Shown: piece after piece, positions 29,209-43,561 of the stretch
Numbering within the stretch: the first letter of the stretch is position 1
Layout of the letters: the number at the start of each line of letters is the position of its first letter
Assembly (NCBI RefSeq): GCF_000497125.1
Contig: NC_090596.1
Span: 1,364,001 to 1,428,000, forward strand
Reading direction: 5' to 3'
Source of the DNA: Spironucleus salmonicida
Lineage: Eukaryota
DNA length: 64,000 nt
The notes under the pieces: generated by a model
Seen by the model: only the letters and a program-made list of their open reading frames with translations
Database searches by the model: none
Told to the model about the DNA's origin: nothing
Translations under genes and position numbers: made by a program

Positions 29209-29354
29209 TTTCAGTCTTATATATAATTATATATAATATATATAATATTTTTTTGAATAACATAATATTATTAATAAACTCGTATATTTCTACGTAGATT
29301 AATTACTGTAAAAACAATAAGCTTTATACAAGATTAATTAATATCAGTAAATAA

Positions 29355-29846
29355 TCATTAAAATTCACAAAGTAAGCTACCATCTTTCACTTTTTATACC
29401 TTGAATTATTCTAATATTTCTTATTAAACAAATTTCTAAATTTAATTATTCCCTTTTTGCAACAGCTAAATTAGTCGTCTTTTCTATGTTTTATTTTTTA
29501 AAAATAGCCCATAATTTTATTAAAATATAGTGGAAATATATTTTATTACCTCTAATTTTGCATTAATTATAGCTAGCTCCAGGCAGTTTAATTTTGGAGG
29601 TAAAGAATGAATATAATCATGTTATTTACTTACTACCATTATCTCGTTAATAGTTTTCATATGTTTTTGATGGTCAAAAAGCAATTAAAAAGCTTCAAGT
29701 TATCCATAATACGCAGCATAGTGTATGCCGGCAAATCCTTGAAAATAAAATTCTCGAGATTCGCGTTTACTAGATATCTACGGTAAAAGATCTTGTATTT
29801 TAATACAGTTCCCTTGTTTGCAGGCGTCAAAAAATTCGTTCTCCAT
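29355..29846 (-). CDS. Ankyrin-repeat protein, 163 aa
   Basis: FFDACKQGN...GFAGIHYAAYYGQLEAFQLL...NCLELAIINAKLEVIKYI. Confidence 0.8.
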
Positions 29847-30172
29847 TTAATGTATTTATTTCGTTCGTAGTTATTAATAATAATTTTAGAACATATTTAC
29901 ATATAGTCAAAGCTTAAAGATACTACTAAAATATTTTTAAATTTTATATAATAATAATAAACATTAATAAAATATATAAGTGAGTAGCATTTGATATAAT
30001 ATAGTCATGAACTTTATAGTATATTAATTCTACAAAGACATTTTAATTGCTTAGTCTGATTATGATCTTAGTTATATAGCTGCAGTTAAATATAGTTATT
30101 CTAAGAATAAAGATATCCGCAATAACAAACATATAACAACAATATAGGATATTATATAATAATAACATTTAA

Positions 30173-31102
30173 TCATATTTATGAAAATTCTTTATTGATA
30201 GTATCATGCAAATAGTCTATACGTTTTAAGCTACTAATTTTTGTCGCATATCTTTATGATGGATTAATTTTATGGTAGTCTGTATATATACCCAAATCAA
30301 AGCATTTAAAATTAATAAAATTTTCTACTTCGGCAATTGCTTCTAGTTGATATCGTTAAGTTAATTTCTCATAATATACATTTATCTCTTCTGCAATAAC
30401 ATCATCTAATGTTATATTTTTAAATTTAAGCAAATAGCTATCGAAACAGTCATTTGTTAGTTAATCTAAAAGTTATTGATAAGTTTCTATCGTAATATTA
30501 TATTAGGTAGGCTCGTATTTCTCATCAATAGTATACAATGCTCTATTCTCTACAAAAAGAGACGAAAGTACAATAGATACTTCTGATTCTGAGGTAATAT
30601 CAAATTCTTAAACCAATAATTATTGATCATTACCAGTTAAACTATTTAGGCAATACTCTAGTTAATTATAGTTATTAAATATAAATCCACATTTTGAACT
30701 TTTATTGGATTTATCATATACTGCTCCAAATTTTTAGTACAATAAACTACTTACTATTTGTTTTGCATTAATGTCAATATTTGGAATAATTAATACAAGC
30801 TTTTATTTAAGAATAAATTCAAATAGAATTTAGATATCTGGTATACTATCAGTAATCGTATTTTCTGTCATTTCTTCTAAGCATTCGGGATATTAAATTA
30901 CTGCAATATATGTTGATATGTCGTTAATAACAATTTTCCCTGGCAACAAAGAAGATAATTTTAATATTTTTTATAAAATTTTTCTTTTTGGAATGCAGAG
31001 TGCTAAATTTTGTTTGTCTTCTAATTTTAATGGGCAAACTTATTCATCAATAGTAATACCATACAGCTTCCTAGCTTACTTTTCATAAAAAATTACTTGC
31101 AT
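30173..31102 (-). CDS. Hypothetical protein, 309 aa
   Basis: MQVIFYEKQARKLYG...KEFSQI*. Confidence 0.6.
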
Positions 31103-31170
31103 TTAACTGAAGCGGAAACATAATATTATTATATTAAATAAATATATTAATAGTTAGATTTTATAAATAG

Positions 31171-32037
31171 ATGACTTCACTATATGACGTTGATATGAGT
31201 TCCTTAAGTTATTAGTTAGCTTAATTTTTTGACATTGATTTAGAGTATGATAAAGATAAGGACTGGATCATTTAATAATCTCTTAATGCTGTAATTCCTA
31301 TTGGTTTTGATACATAGGTTTCTACATCGAAATAAGGAAGAACGTATTATGTTCCACAATCAGGTAAATCGTAATGGATTCATCCGGTGGATTAATTTTA
31401 TCTTGATTTTTTGGATATTTAGTAGCAATCACTCAATAGTTATGCCGAAGTTATATCAGAAATTGAAATATCGTTTACCAGAAGACCACCTAGAATGATA
31501 AGAGATATTTTAGCATTAATGTCATTTTATAATATTTAAGCATAGGAATGGTAACATGCTTGGATTCCATTAATAGGATTATGTATGGACTTAAATTTTT
31601 TTTAATACAAGTTTAATAAGATAGAATAAGTTTATTAAACTGATACTACAGAATATTATTGGGCACCACATGATACATTTTTATCTTAGCTTAAAGTTGA
31701 TGACTTAAAATCTTAATCGTCATGGATTTTCCCAAAGCTTACTCCTATTGAATCAAAGTTATTGCCTTAAAATTAAATATTAGCATTTTCATTAGAAGAA
31801 ATGAGAGCCTATATAATTGATAAAAATAATATTCGCAATTTTATATCCTTGAAGCCGCCATCGTTATAAAAAATAGATTAATATTTAGAAAAATATGGAG
31901 ATTGCTTTGAATATTGTGATATTTAAAATTTTGTTAACGATTAAAGAATATTTCCAGTTGAAATGTACGATGCTCACGAAAAAGCGAGTTAAATGCTATG
32001 CATGGGGTTAAGACCAGATTTTAAATTTAAAAAGTGA
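31171..32037 (+). CDS. WW-domain protein resembling the CEP164 N-terminus, 288 aa
   Basis: AQFFDIDLEYDKDKDWIIQQSLNAVIP...GRTYY...GKSQWIHPVDQFY parallels the CEP164 N-terminal helix plus WW unit. Confidence 0.6.
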
Positions 32038-32050
32038 ATTTAACTGATAG

Positions 32051-32590
32051 TCACTCAACTCCAACATATCCTAATGGGAAACGTGTACAATCATCATATT
32101 TTTATAAATATGGCTTTTTGCAACCTTGGTGTGGGAATCCACGTGTCTTTCCGCCAAACAGGGGTAGAGTTGTGTCTACAAAATTTTTAAATGTACTACG
32201 AACTAAAGACGATTCATTTTACTTGATAGATCGCTATACATGTATCTCAGGTTTATATCCATTATCTCTAACATGTGGCTATGTGAAATCATAGTTAACC
32301 TGCTTCGGTACAGGTTAAGGTCTAATTTTTGTGTATGCAGACCGATCATCAACAAAGTTAAATTCACCTTAATGTCTTATTTACTTGTCTCTAGCAATAT
32401 TCATTTAAGCTGTATCCAGTTTCTGTTATTATGTTTTAACAATTTATTCTACCTTTTGGTCATAAAATTGGTGTGTAACGGGATTCGTTAATGCTTAAAT
32501 AGGACGATATGGCTTTTACATAGGAGCTAATTAAACAACTTTGTTTCTTGTATTCTCATAATCTTTAATTTATTCCTTCCATGCGCGCAT
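32051..32590 (-). CDS. Hypothetical protein, 179 aa
   Basis: MRAWKEQIKDYENTRNK...PLGYVGVE*. Confidence 0.65.
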
Positions 32591-32750
32591 TTAAAATTAT
32601 TCTAACACAGTTGTATTATATATAATTATCTTAAATATATATTTTTTTACTTTTGAATTATTTGTATCTAGTATCATAAGGATATTATTTTCTTAGTTAT
32701 AACTTATCCATATATTATATATTGCATCACCGTTATCATTATCCTCATAA

Positions 32751-34424
32751 ATGAATTCTTAGCCGAATATTTAGATTTCTTTTCTGGAAGATACACTATT
32801 GAAAATACCTTAAATGGATTCGCAAAATTAGTTATATTCTTAGGAGCTGCTGAATTAACGTGATAAATTAATACAAGCTGCATAGATGAAACCAAAAGTG
32901 ATGAAATTTGAAGTTTTGCTACCAGCAAAAACAGAAAAAGAAAAATAAGAAAGGTAACATAAGCATAAATAAGATAATGTGGATTTTGTTAATAGAAATA
33001 AAGAAAGTGTGTGCATATAATCAGATGCTAGTGTTAATGTTGCAAAATCAAAGAGATAAAGTCGATAAGAGCTACTATAATAAGTTTAATCGTCTTTGAA
33101 AATACAAAAGCCGATAATTCTTAATCTTTGCGAATCTGATATTTTTACCGAAAAAATTAATCTTGCAGATTTTTTACCACTTTTCAAGCAACCATATGAC
33201 TTTAAAACATCTTTTCAGAGTTACTTAGATACATTTTAAATAGGGGAAGTTTATAGAAATTTAAATAAAAAACTTTCTCAAACGCATCACAAAGCTATTA
33301 CATTCAAACAATGCACAAAAGAAGGAAATAATAGATCCTAGTTGTTAATTAAGGCTGATTCTTTTAATAATTAATGTCATGCTAGTTTAAGCATTCTGAT
33401 TAAACTCTGCAGTGGATAAAGTTATATACCATTACCATCATTTAAGTAATCTTTTTCTTCCCAAAAAGAGTCTATTTAAGCAGTCTTAGAATTAAAATTT
33501 TTAAATTAAAATATCAAGAATGGAACCCCACTTTTTGAGATTTATCCAGCAGGTCAGGCCGTAGATTATCTACTTTTTGATTAAGATTAACTAAAATAGC
33601 TCGTTTTAGATGTTAAAAATCAGCTTAAACGTAACATTTGGGAACCATTTCAAATTTATTAGAAGGCAAGTTAGATATTCAAAATAATGCTAAAAGCAAA
33701 TCCTAAGGCTAAAGGTGTTGAAACTTAGTATGAACGCAGTTTGTATGAGAATATTTTGTATAGAAAATTAGAATGCTAGTTTGTTTAGATGTTATTATAG
33801 CGTGAAACACTAATTATAAGCATTTAAGAATTGATATAAATAGTAGAATTAGTTAAAGTCATTATAGTAGATTAAGAGGTAAAAGATAAAATAAGGGACA
33901 GATAGAAAAATAATATTAGTGGTGTTAAAATCTAAGGATTTTAGGTTTTATATACAGGTAGCGTATTGAGAACACAGGGTAGTAATGAAATAGAAAAGCA
34001 AAAGGTGTAAGACTTGGTTGCTAACAAAAATAATGAGGATGATTGTGTTGAATTAGGAGAGAAAGTAGTTAATTAAGTTAGTATTGAATTTGTTTAAGAA
34101 GAAAAAACGAATGAGAGCATTCTCGATGAGATTCCTGTCTTCAATTAAGTTTAATAATCTGTGGACGAAATATTTATAAATGAGTTGGAGGGTAAATAAA
34201 ATAATTAAATTAAAAAGCTCAGTTCATAAGAAGACTCAAATAAATCTGATAGGCTTATTCCAAATGATTTACCACCTTTTGCCCCACCAATCGCTCTACC
34301 TGATGATTTTGATGCCTAATCCAACTAAAGCAAAATCAGTGAAGCTCTAAATTAAGATATTTCGGATGCTAATGATTCAACATCAGAAAGTAAAAAGCGT
34401 AGAAAAAGAAGAACAAAAGAATGA
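32751..34424 (+). CDS. Hypothetical protein, 557 aa, with a basic C-terminal NLS-like tail
   Basis: MNSQPNIQISFLEDTLLK...SKKRRKRRTKE*. Confidence 0.65.
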
Positions 34425-34425
34425 T

Positions 34426-37400
34426 TCATTTTTATAATTTTTAAATAAGGATTTCCTTTTAACTAAGAAGTTCTAATAAATCGTGTAGATCTGTTTGATG
34501 CATTTCTACACTTTGTTTATAGTTATTTAGTTTAAATACTTATTCGTTTAATTCAGTAATCAAATTATTATTTAAATCTAATTAATTTACAATCTAAGTG
34601 GTCTCATAATCTTTTTAGTGTATTTATGTTGTTAGTTCCTATATAATTCTATTTAAATCTGATTATTACAATAATGAATTATCAATATCTTTATTAAGTA
34701 AATTTAGTTAAGTTCTAAGTTATTTATTATTGGTTTAAAGTTCTTCTAAAGTAAATTTAAGTCTTTAGATAGATAAATTTTTATCTGATAGCTCATCTTG
34801 CAGTTATTAATTCTCCTTTTTAGAACAAATTAACAATTTTTCTGTTTCTAACATTATAGTTTTATAACTAATTACTTATTATTAATTCTCATAAGCTATA
34901 ATTTATGAACTATCTAACTCTTTAATTTATTCCGATTATGTTTATAGAACATTATTTAAAAACTCAAGAGATTTTTATCCTAAAACTTTATTTTCAAGAT
35001 TTAATATTTCTTAATTTTATAATTAATATTCTATTGTATTTTAAAGAGTAATATTATCAGACGCTGTATTAGTTGTTAGTATCAGCTATTTTTATAACTT
35101 TTAGTTTAACTCATAATTTTCTTCTTTTAAAGATTTAACTTAAATTTCAAATTCTTAATTTTGAGTTAGTACTGAGTTATATTATCTGGTTACTGAATCA
35201 CATTTACTAGATAATTCAGTGATTAATTTTTCTTTTATCAATAACCTTTGACCCAATTATGATATTTCTTAAAATTATGATTAATCTAATGTGTGTATTT
35301 ATTATTGATTATTTAATTATTCTTAGGATTAATTTACTTCTTATTATTCTTAAATAAGTTTTAATTAATATTCTAAAGAATGGATTATATCATCTTTTTT
35401 CTATATTTTTATAATTTATTATCTCGCTTTTTCCTATAGTTCTTATTTATCAGTAGTTAAATTTTATATTTATAGTTAAAGCATAACTATTTTCTTTTCT
35501 TATTCATCAATTTCATTTTCTAGGCAAGTACCATCTACGATTTATATTCCTAATTCCTTATTTTTTTGTTTTGTCTATGTTATCTCATTTTTAAGTATAT
35601 CTAAGCTTTTCTAAAGGCAATTAATTTCAATTTCTAAATTATTTATCGTAGAGGTTTTTGATTATAATTCACTATTATAAGCTTGCTTTAATTCATTGAC
35701 ATCTTATTGCGTTAGCATAGAAAATATATACTCTTTTACAATTTCTTACTCCTAAACTATATTATATTTTTAACAAATTTCTGACATAAATGTTTTATAT
35801 TAAATATTTTCTGCACTAATTATACGTAAGTTCATTGTAAAAGAGTTATCATTATAAGTTATTTACTATTTCAGTGATTATATTTATTGTCGTGCAGCTA
35901 GTAAATCATCTTGTAACTATTCATTTGGTATATCTGGTTTAACCTTATGTATTACTCTAGTGCTGGTTTCTAAATTTTTCACTTATAAGCATTTTATATT
36001 ATAATTTTCTTATAATTAAGATATTTACTTTTATAAAATTTAAAACTCTTATATACCTTGATTAGATATTTTTGTATATTAATTTTATAATTCAATACAA
36101 GTATTACTTTTACTTTTTAATTAATGTTCTACTTCAGTTAAATTTTTATTGGTAGTTTGAATCTATTCCTAGAATTAACAAATATCTGTTGTATACTATC
36201 CTTGTAATTTAGTTAATTAAAACTATTTATTAATTATTTACTGTTATAATTCTTATATTTAGGAATTCTGATTTGAATTTTCAGATTCTTTTTCTTTAAG
36301 TTATGTTTACACTTATAATAATAGTTATTTTTATATTTCATATTATATCTATAACTATGATAACTATTGATGTTTTTAGTGTACAACTTCCATTGTCTAT
36401 TGTAATTCAAAGTTGATCTTTTATGAATCTTGCTAATTCTACTATAGTTTTAACTCAACTTATTTAACTTAACTAGATTCTCTTTAAGTTTTCACTAAAG
36501 TTTAATGTTCAAAATCACGCCATATACATATTTAGCGTGCTAAATTATTTAAATTACTAAATTTTTATTAGCTCTCGACACCAATAATTTCATAAAATTC
36601 TGTTATTCGGTTAAAAGCATTAATTTTAAATTATTAGAGTTTTTATAACTTTATATTTTAATTTTCAATTTATTTGCATTAAATATTAATTTAGTTTTAA
36701 AGTTATGATATTTCTGCTAAATTTTACTAAAGCTGAACATGCAATAAATTCTTCTCGGATGCAAATTTATCTTGAACTTAATTTATATTATAATCAATTT
36801 ACTATAAATCCAAATTAGTTTGTAACGTTTATTATTGCAGCCTTGTATTACAAAGCCGTGATTAATCTAACTAAACTTGTGTTGAGTTAATTTCATTTAA
36901 TAATAAGTCGTTATTAAGATTATGCAAATTTGCATTTTGAGGTTCATATAACTAAACTGTTTGTATTGATTATTCGCATAATTTTATTTTGTTTCTCTAT
37001 GAAACTTAGTAGCCAGACTATACCGAAATAATTTCAATATTATCTGTTTAAACTATGTTTGTAAGTAAGACTACTTATGCTTGAATCCCAATTTAAATCT
37101 ATAAGGGTTTAGTTTAATTTATAGAACTGATTAATAATTTATGCTTAGTGTTTTCTTCTTATAATAATTAAATTGTCTGTTATGAAATATATATTTATTA
37201 AATATTTTATTTTTATGTTGCTAGCTATTCCTCAACTTAATTTTTTAAAGTTTAAATTTAAAGCTACTAGTCTTGCCTAATAATATTTGAACTACTATCA
37301 ACTTAATTAATTATATTTTTTTACATTAATCTAAAATCGGTTGATTAGTTATCAAAATTACTCTTTAAATCATCGACTGAAATGTTTCGAACTGGAGTAT

Positions 37401-37728
37401 CTAAAATAGGAGTAGGTGTGTGCGATGGGTATTATTCTAATAATTTATTGCTAGTATTTTATCGCTAAGGAGACTATTTTTTTAGAACTCTTTTTTCAGT
37501 TTAGTTCTATAACTAATTATTGGAATTATATCTGTTAGGTTTTGGTACTTTTTCATACTAAAACCTCTTCAAAATTTCATTTTACAATTTATCTTATTCA
37601 GTTATTTACGCATACCGTTTACTCTTCAAAATTTCTGAATCACTGCCCATATTCCTAACAGGAGATCGTGATGGGGATATCGATAATTATTTATCTCGTT
37701 TAGGTCGAGTTTTAATCTAACTTTTCAT
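34426..37728 (-). CDS. Long Gln-rich coiled-coil protein, about 1100 aa
   Basis: MKSQIKTRPKRDK...ILIQKLQK*; dense TAA/TAG Gln codons; start and stop are in frame. Confidence 0.7.
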
Positions 37729-37830
37729 TTTTGAAAATTATACGTATTATAACATTATAATATAAGTATCATAAAATTTCTCTCTTTTTAAAGTAACAAT
37801 ATTCAATTTGTACATTAAATTCTGAACTTT

Positions 37831-39423
37831 TCACTCGACATCATCCCACCTTCCCACTCGCTTCCCTAAAACCACAATCTAGCTAACACCCCGCATTACC
37901 TCATAGTCACGTCCTTGTGCGTATTCGAAAACACTTAGACATGCTGTTTCGTGTAAACTAACATCACCGTCAACGTAAATCAATATATTATCCCATTAAT
38001 TTTCTTCTCCTAGACAATCAAATCCAGAAATTTTCTAATCAGAAAATATAGCCTCAGCAAATGTTAATAGTACTGGCCTAACCTGATAAAAATTAAACTT
38101 TTTATCAATTTTAAGTGCATTTTCGCAATAATTAGGAATAGGGAATCTCTAGAATTACCTAGCATCACTTTACCTAATACATTTAGCGAGATTTTCGACT
38201 TCTGAAATATCAATTTTAAGCGGTAATTTTTCGTTTTAAATCCGTTCTTTGAAACTTTATAAATCAATCGAAATAACAGGATTTTGTACGTTCAAAAACG
38301 TATAAAATTCAATTATTTAACGTTAAATCTTTTCTAGTTTTTTATGATCACCATTTTACGTAAAAACTAACCAAAGATTAAAAGCAGTCTAAGCATATAT
38401 AAGCACATTCTGAGACTTTACAGAATTTTTAAAAATATCAAAAATTGACTTTAAACGCTCAGATGTTGGATCTAATGCGAATTCCTGAATACTTATTGTA
38501 GACTATAAAATAACTTTCTATTCCTGATTCACAAGTTATGAAATTCCGCTGAAATTCGTTAATTCTGTTTATAAGCTAGCTAGGTTTTCTTGGTTTTAAA
38601 GTATTTTCTAGAGCTATTTTATGCTCATTTAGCCGTTAACAGTACTCACATTTCCCTTCAAATTCAATGCTTTTTCGGCCCTAAAATCACTAGATTGCAA
38701 TATATCTAAAATATAAAACTGTTTGGAATCGTCGGAAAGAGCGAAAAAATTAAGTGGAAAATCATGGATTTTACCAGATTCTGCCGAACGAAAAATGGAA
38801 TCTAAAACAGCGCAAAACGCTGCTCCTGGGATTAATGGAGCAATTAGATCGTAGTTTCTAGGCAAAATGAGAAGCTTCGTCAGATTTTTCCCTTATTTTT
38901 TAAGGTCGATTTTGGTAGTCAAATGCTTGTAATCAGATGGGAAAATTACTTAAGATATGTTAAATGATTAAATAGCAGATTGAAAATCATCTGATATGAT
39001 AAGGTTTTATTAAATAGGAGTGAAATTTGCAGGTAATATTTTAACCAAGTTCACAATAAAGTGGGTATCGGCAAGTGCTAAAGCAGATAGCTGTGTGTCA
39101 GTGATTTGTTAGGAGAAAAATATCGAAACTGAGCAGAAATTTTTCTTGGCTAAAATTTAGTGTAAAATAGCGTGATTTTATGATGTTGATGCGATAAAAA
39201 TAGATGCATGAGTGTTAGGAAGGGGAGGTGTGGTTGGAATTGATTTTAAAACACTGGTGAGTAGAAAATCATCTTGCAGAAGTTGATTTTATGATATCGC
39301 TAGGGTCATGAATTTTGTAGTAAATTCATCCAAAATTAGCATCTTAGGTCCTTCTTGAATAATATTTTATCCATTTAGCTTGATTTAATTGTAAATATTA
39401 GAAATTAATGTTTACACCGACAT
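37831..39423 (-). CDS. VPS45: Sec1/Munc18 family protein, VPS45-like, 530 aa
   Basis: GPKMLILDEFTTKFMTLAISQNQLLQDDFLL and LSALALADTHFIVNLV match the VPS45 N-terminal pattern. Confidence 0.75.
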
Positions 39424-39482
39424 TTTTAATATATGATTATATAGTATTAATAATATATTATTATTATTGATTTATTTTAATA

Positions 39483-41822
39483 ATGTCTATACAATTGAGT
39501 TTGAACCAAAAATTACCTCCTGCGATTGGGTATTACACTCAAGTTAAAGCTGAATTAATGCAATATTATCCTCCTCATGGTTACTTCTTTTAATATTAGT
39601 TTTAGCTTTGCACACCAAGTTCTAAATCTTAGTCTCGGATTGTCTAGAATTTTTCGATCGATAATATCTTAGTATTTACATCCTTGGAAAAAGGTGTACA
39701 TATAGTAAGTGTGACTGCAAAAATGTTCCCCTTATTTTCATAAGAAAAATACAATGGAGAAGAAATTTTTATTTTTACACAAAGTCTCAATATTGAATTT
39801 GCAGATCCATCTGTAATGTAAGCTCCCTGTTGTGTGCCTGTTAATAAAAGTATTTCTCCTCTTTATCACACTCCTTTGATGAAAGATGGTTAGTAGATCA
39901 GAATAGTCATGTAACCTTAATTACAAAAGTAGAAAACTGAATTTATACCACCACAGGTAATTCCATAAGTCTAAGAAATTGATTTTATTAATGTGAAAAC
40001 CTCAGCTCTAGGAAAATTGCCGATACCAGTAAGACCAATGATTTTTTCGGCTTGGAATTTAACCAAAGAAACTGAAATGTATATTTTAAGTATTGGAATG
40101 GTTTCAGGATATATATACAGTATCAAACATTAAATAAAAGAAGGAGATAAGAAATTCGAATTAAAGAATAGTATTTAATACCAGGTTGAGAATCTTCCAT
40201 CATCTAAATTATCGTATTAAATTTTATTTATAGCATCCTATAAAGATAGATAGTTTAATATTATTTCTGATAATTATGCATATTCTTTAAATAATTTGTA
40301 AAAACATATTTAGTTAGATACAAGAAGTTCAGACAATGCAGAATCTTTACTCCTAACTAGTTTTGGATAAGTTTTGGTTAATTTTAATTAAAAATATGAT
40401 ACAAGAGATCCTTATTAGAATTCTGCATTATCATCTAGCTTGAAGTTAAGAATTATTGAGTCAAATGGGTCTTATCTTTCATGTTTAGGTGGAGGGGTTA
40501 ACACTTTTTTGTACTATGGTTATTATTTTAACTAAAATAATATTTCCTCTAAATTACTTATGGATTGTTTGAAACTATAATTGGACCAGAATATGTATAC
40601 AAGCCATACATTTGCAGATTAAAAAATAATTATTGCAACTCCAGGTGGAGTTCCGCTTCGCTCTATTGATATATCTTCGATTAATAATAATTTATTTAAG
40701 TAATGGGGGTTATTACATAAAGTTTGGCAGCCATAACACTTTGCTTTATAGTAATTGAAAGAATCAATAGAAGATCCAAGTACAGATGAAGTCTATCAAT
40801 TAATGTTGAAAAAATGTCCTTCAAAACCATTATTTAGATAGTTAGTAAGATTTACTAATTTCAAATTGCTTGATAATGGTTTTTATTTAGTGGCCGCATA
40901 AGTTGAAGAGTAACTTGATAGGTTTACATTTTTGTAAACTAGTGTGTAGTCTGCACTTCAGGTGTCAAATTAAAGGAAAATAACTAGAGATGATCTATCA
41001 TTACTTTCAGCATGTATTTTACTGATTAAACATGATGGGGAAATAATTAATTCATTATATCTTTCAGATATCTTCCCTGAGACACTTTTATAATTCCATT
41101 TTACTTAACTATAATAACCTAATATTTGTTGCTCAGACTTTGTATTCTAAAAAGCAGAAATACCAGGGTTTTTAAATTCAAAATGTTTGATACATTCTTA
41201 AGTTACATAATTTGATGCAACAAATAACGATGTTATTATTCCATTGCCTCTTTAGGGTGTTATTTTAAGAATAGATTTAGGTAAATTTAGTACTATCCAG
41301 GAGAATAATCTTGACCAGCTTTTAAATATAGACCTTGTTAAAAATGACATCATCCTATATTCTACTATTAAACCAATTAATCATTTGGCACAATAATTCA
41401 AAAAACTTTTGGGCCATGTTATACCCATTGCATTATCTAGAACTTCTACAAGATTATATATTGTTTTTAACAGTAAAAAAGGAACTGAAGTTATGACAAT
41501 ACGTATCCCCGCTTCAATACATAAAGGAAATGCTGATTTGACTGATATTTTATAGGAAGAAGAATCAGTATCAGAATAAACTCCTAAGATATCTACAGTG
41601 GAAGATAATGAAACACTTTTGGAACCTGAATTGATAGAAGAGATTATACTTAGCTCAGAATAATCATAATAAGCAAGTATATTGGGTCTTCTTACTGGAG
41701 GATTTGCTGTGGCTTGGAAAATAGGTAGTTAGTGGAGAGTTGCTGAACTAAAAACAGGCGGTTGCGTGTTTGCAAGCAGTGTGACTTGTGACAACCTAGT
41801 ATTGAGTAAAATGTTTGGTTGA
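39483..41822 (+). CDS. Hypothetical protein, 779 aa, beta-rich
   Basis: MSIQLSLNQKLPP...VLSKMFG*. Confidence 0.65.
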
Positions 41823-41975
41823 TGAATTCTGATTTAAATAATGTAATATATATTGGTTCAGTTTTAGTAACTACATAACAGTAAGTATAAATAAATATAA
41901 TAGTTATATTAAAAACTATTTAAAAATCTTCAATTATAAAGTTTATGTATTTAATAATTAAACAAGTTTCCCCAA

Positions 41976-42269
41976 ATGAATTGTTCAAGAGGAACAAAAA
42001 GTACTTCAAGTGTTATTAATAAAAACTTAAAGTATATGCAGCTGCCAGAACTAGACTATCAACCTAGTTCTATATAGATGCCACTTCATTCATCTAGTAA
42101 CCAATTATTTTCATTATCTCCGAAATCACATAATTTTCCTAATATAACTCAATTTGAAACAATACGAGAACTTGAGGAATCATAAGAAGATGAATATTTA
42201 CTATCTTTTAAAACAAATGAATTAGATATGAATATGACAGAATTGCTAGACTGGATTTCGCTTGATTGA
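41976..42269 (+). CDS. Small acidic protein, tandem paralogue A, 97 aa
   Basis: Shares LPELD, FETIRELEE and ELLDWISLD* blocks with the next ORF. Confidence 0.7.
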
Positions 42270-42637
42270 ATGAGTTATGCTAGTTTATTATTAATATATA
42301 TTATTAGTTCGAAAAGTATAAAATAATAGTTATAATTTTTGCAAATTGAGATAATATACCCGTTATTATATAACGTTATAAATAATTTACAAGGATATAA
42401 TAATATATGCGTTATCTATAAATATCATAAATAAAATTATGAAAAAAACCATTTAATTTACTGCAGAAATCAAATAACTAAGATTTCTAATTTTAAGTAG
42501 TATAAAATATTTACTGTATATGTGAAGCACATCTATTTCGTATATAAAATAGAATGGTATAAATAGTAATTTATATGTAGACATTAAAATTTATTTATTA
42601 TCGATATATAAGTAGCAATAATAATTTTATATTTAAA

Positions 42638-42925
42638 ATGATTTAAAAGACTTAAAATAGTAACTATACATCTAAAAGCCAAAATTTTACAAAATTACCG
42701 GAAATAGACTCATATAGATGCTCAAACTTATCAGGTATCAATTCTACAAATAGTTCACTATTTACAATTTCGTACCGGTATAATAATGGGATCAACAATA
42801 AAAGCAATTTTGAAACTATTAATGAACTCGATGAGCTATTAGATTAACAACTCATTAATGATAATGACATAGATATTGGGTACTAGAGTATCAAGGAATT
42901 GTTAGATTGGATATCTATCGATTGA
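42638..42925 (+). CDS. Small acidic protein, tandem paralogue B, 95 aa
   Basis: LPEID, FETINELDE and ELLDWISID* blocks. Confidence 0.7.
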
Positions 42926-43561
42926 ATATAGTATTATTTATTATACCATCTTATATTTTTATAATAACATCAAACATGCTAACTCTACCAATTTTTACTA
43001 TATATTTATACTATCAAGCTAATTAGATATTAAATTCCATTGCTGATAATTATTCTACTAATCACTATGATTTATATGAATATATTTTAATATTATTAAA
43101 TATAATTTCTGTTATATTATAGTATTACTGTATAAAAGAATAAACAAATGACCAAAATAAGCACGAATATGTTAAGAATTTGGTATTTTTATGTCGTAAT
43201 TTTGAAAAATTATACACAATAAAGTTGAAGAAATATTATTAAAGGGATTACGTTAACAAAAGCTAGAACTAACTTTACATTATTTTCTAAAAACTATATA
43301 AATAAACTTTTAACTTAATAAATTTGTTGGTTTTATACTAATCATAATAACAGAAATTTATATGTAATATATATTTGTTATTAAACTAACTAGCTGCATT
43401 ATGTTTAATTTTATGTAACTAGACTAGAATTTTATATATTATTCAAATAATTTTTAAGATGATTACTAATAAACCTTAAGACCTACTTTTTAGTATTATC
43501 GTGGAATAATAACCAAAATACTATTGTTATTGTATATAAATACTATAAATAGCGAGAAAAA

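Noticed and set aside
30007-30198. 63-codon + strand ORF
   Set aside because: Short, extremely AT-rich, no motifs, and overlaps the end of the neighbouring gene.
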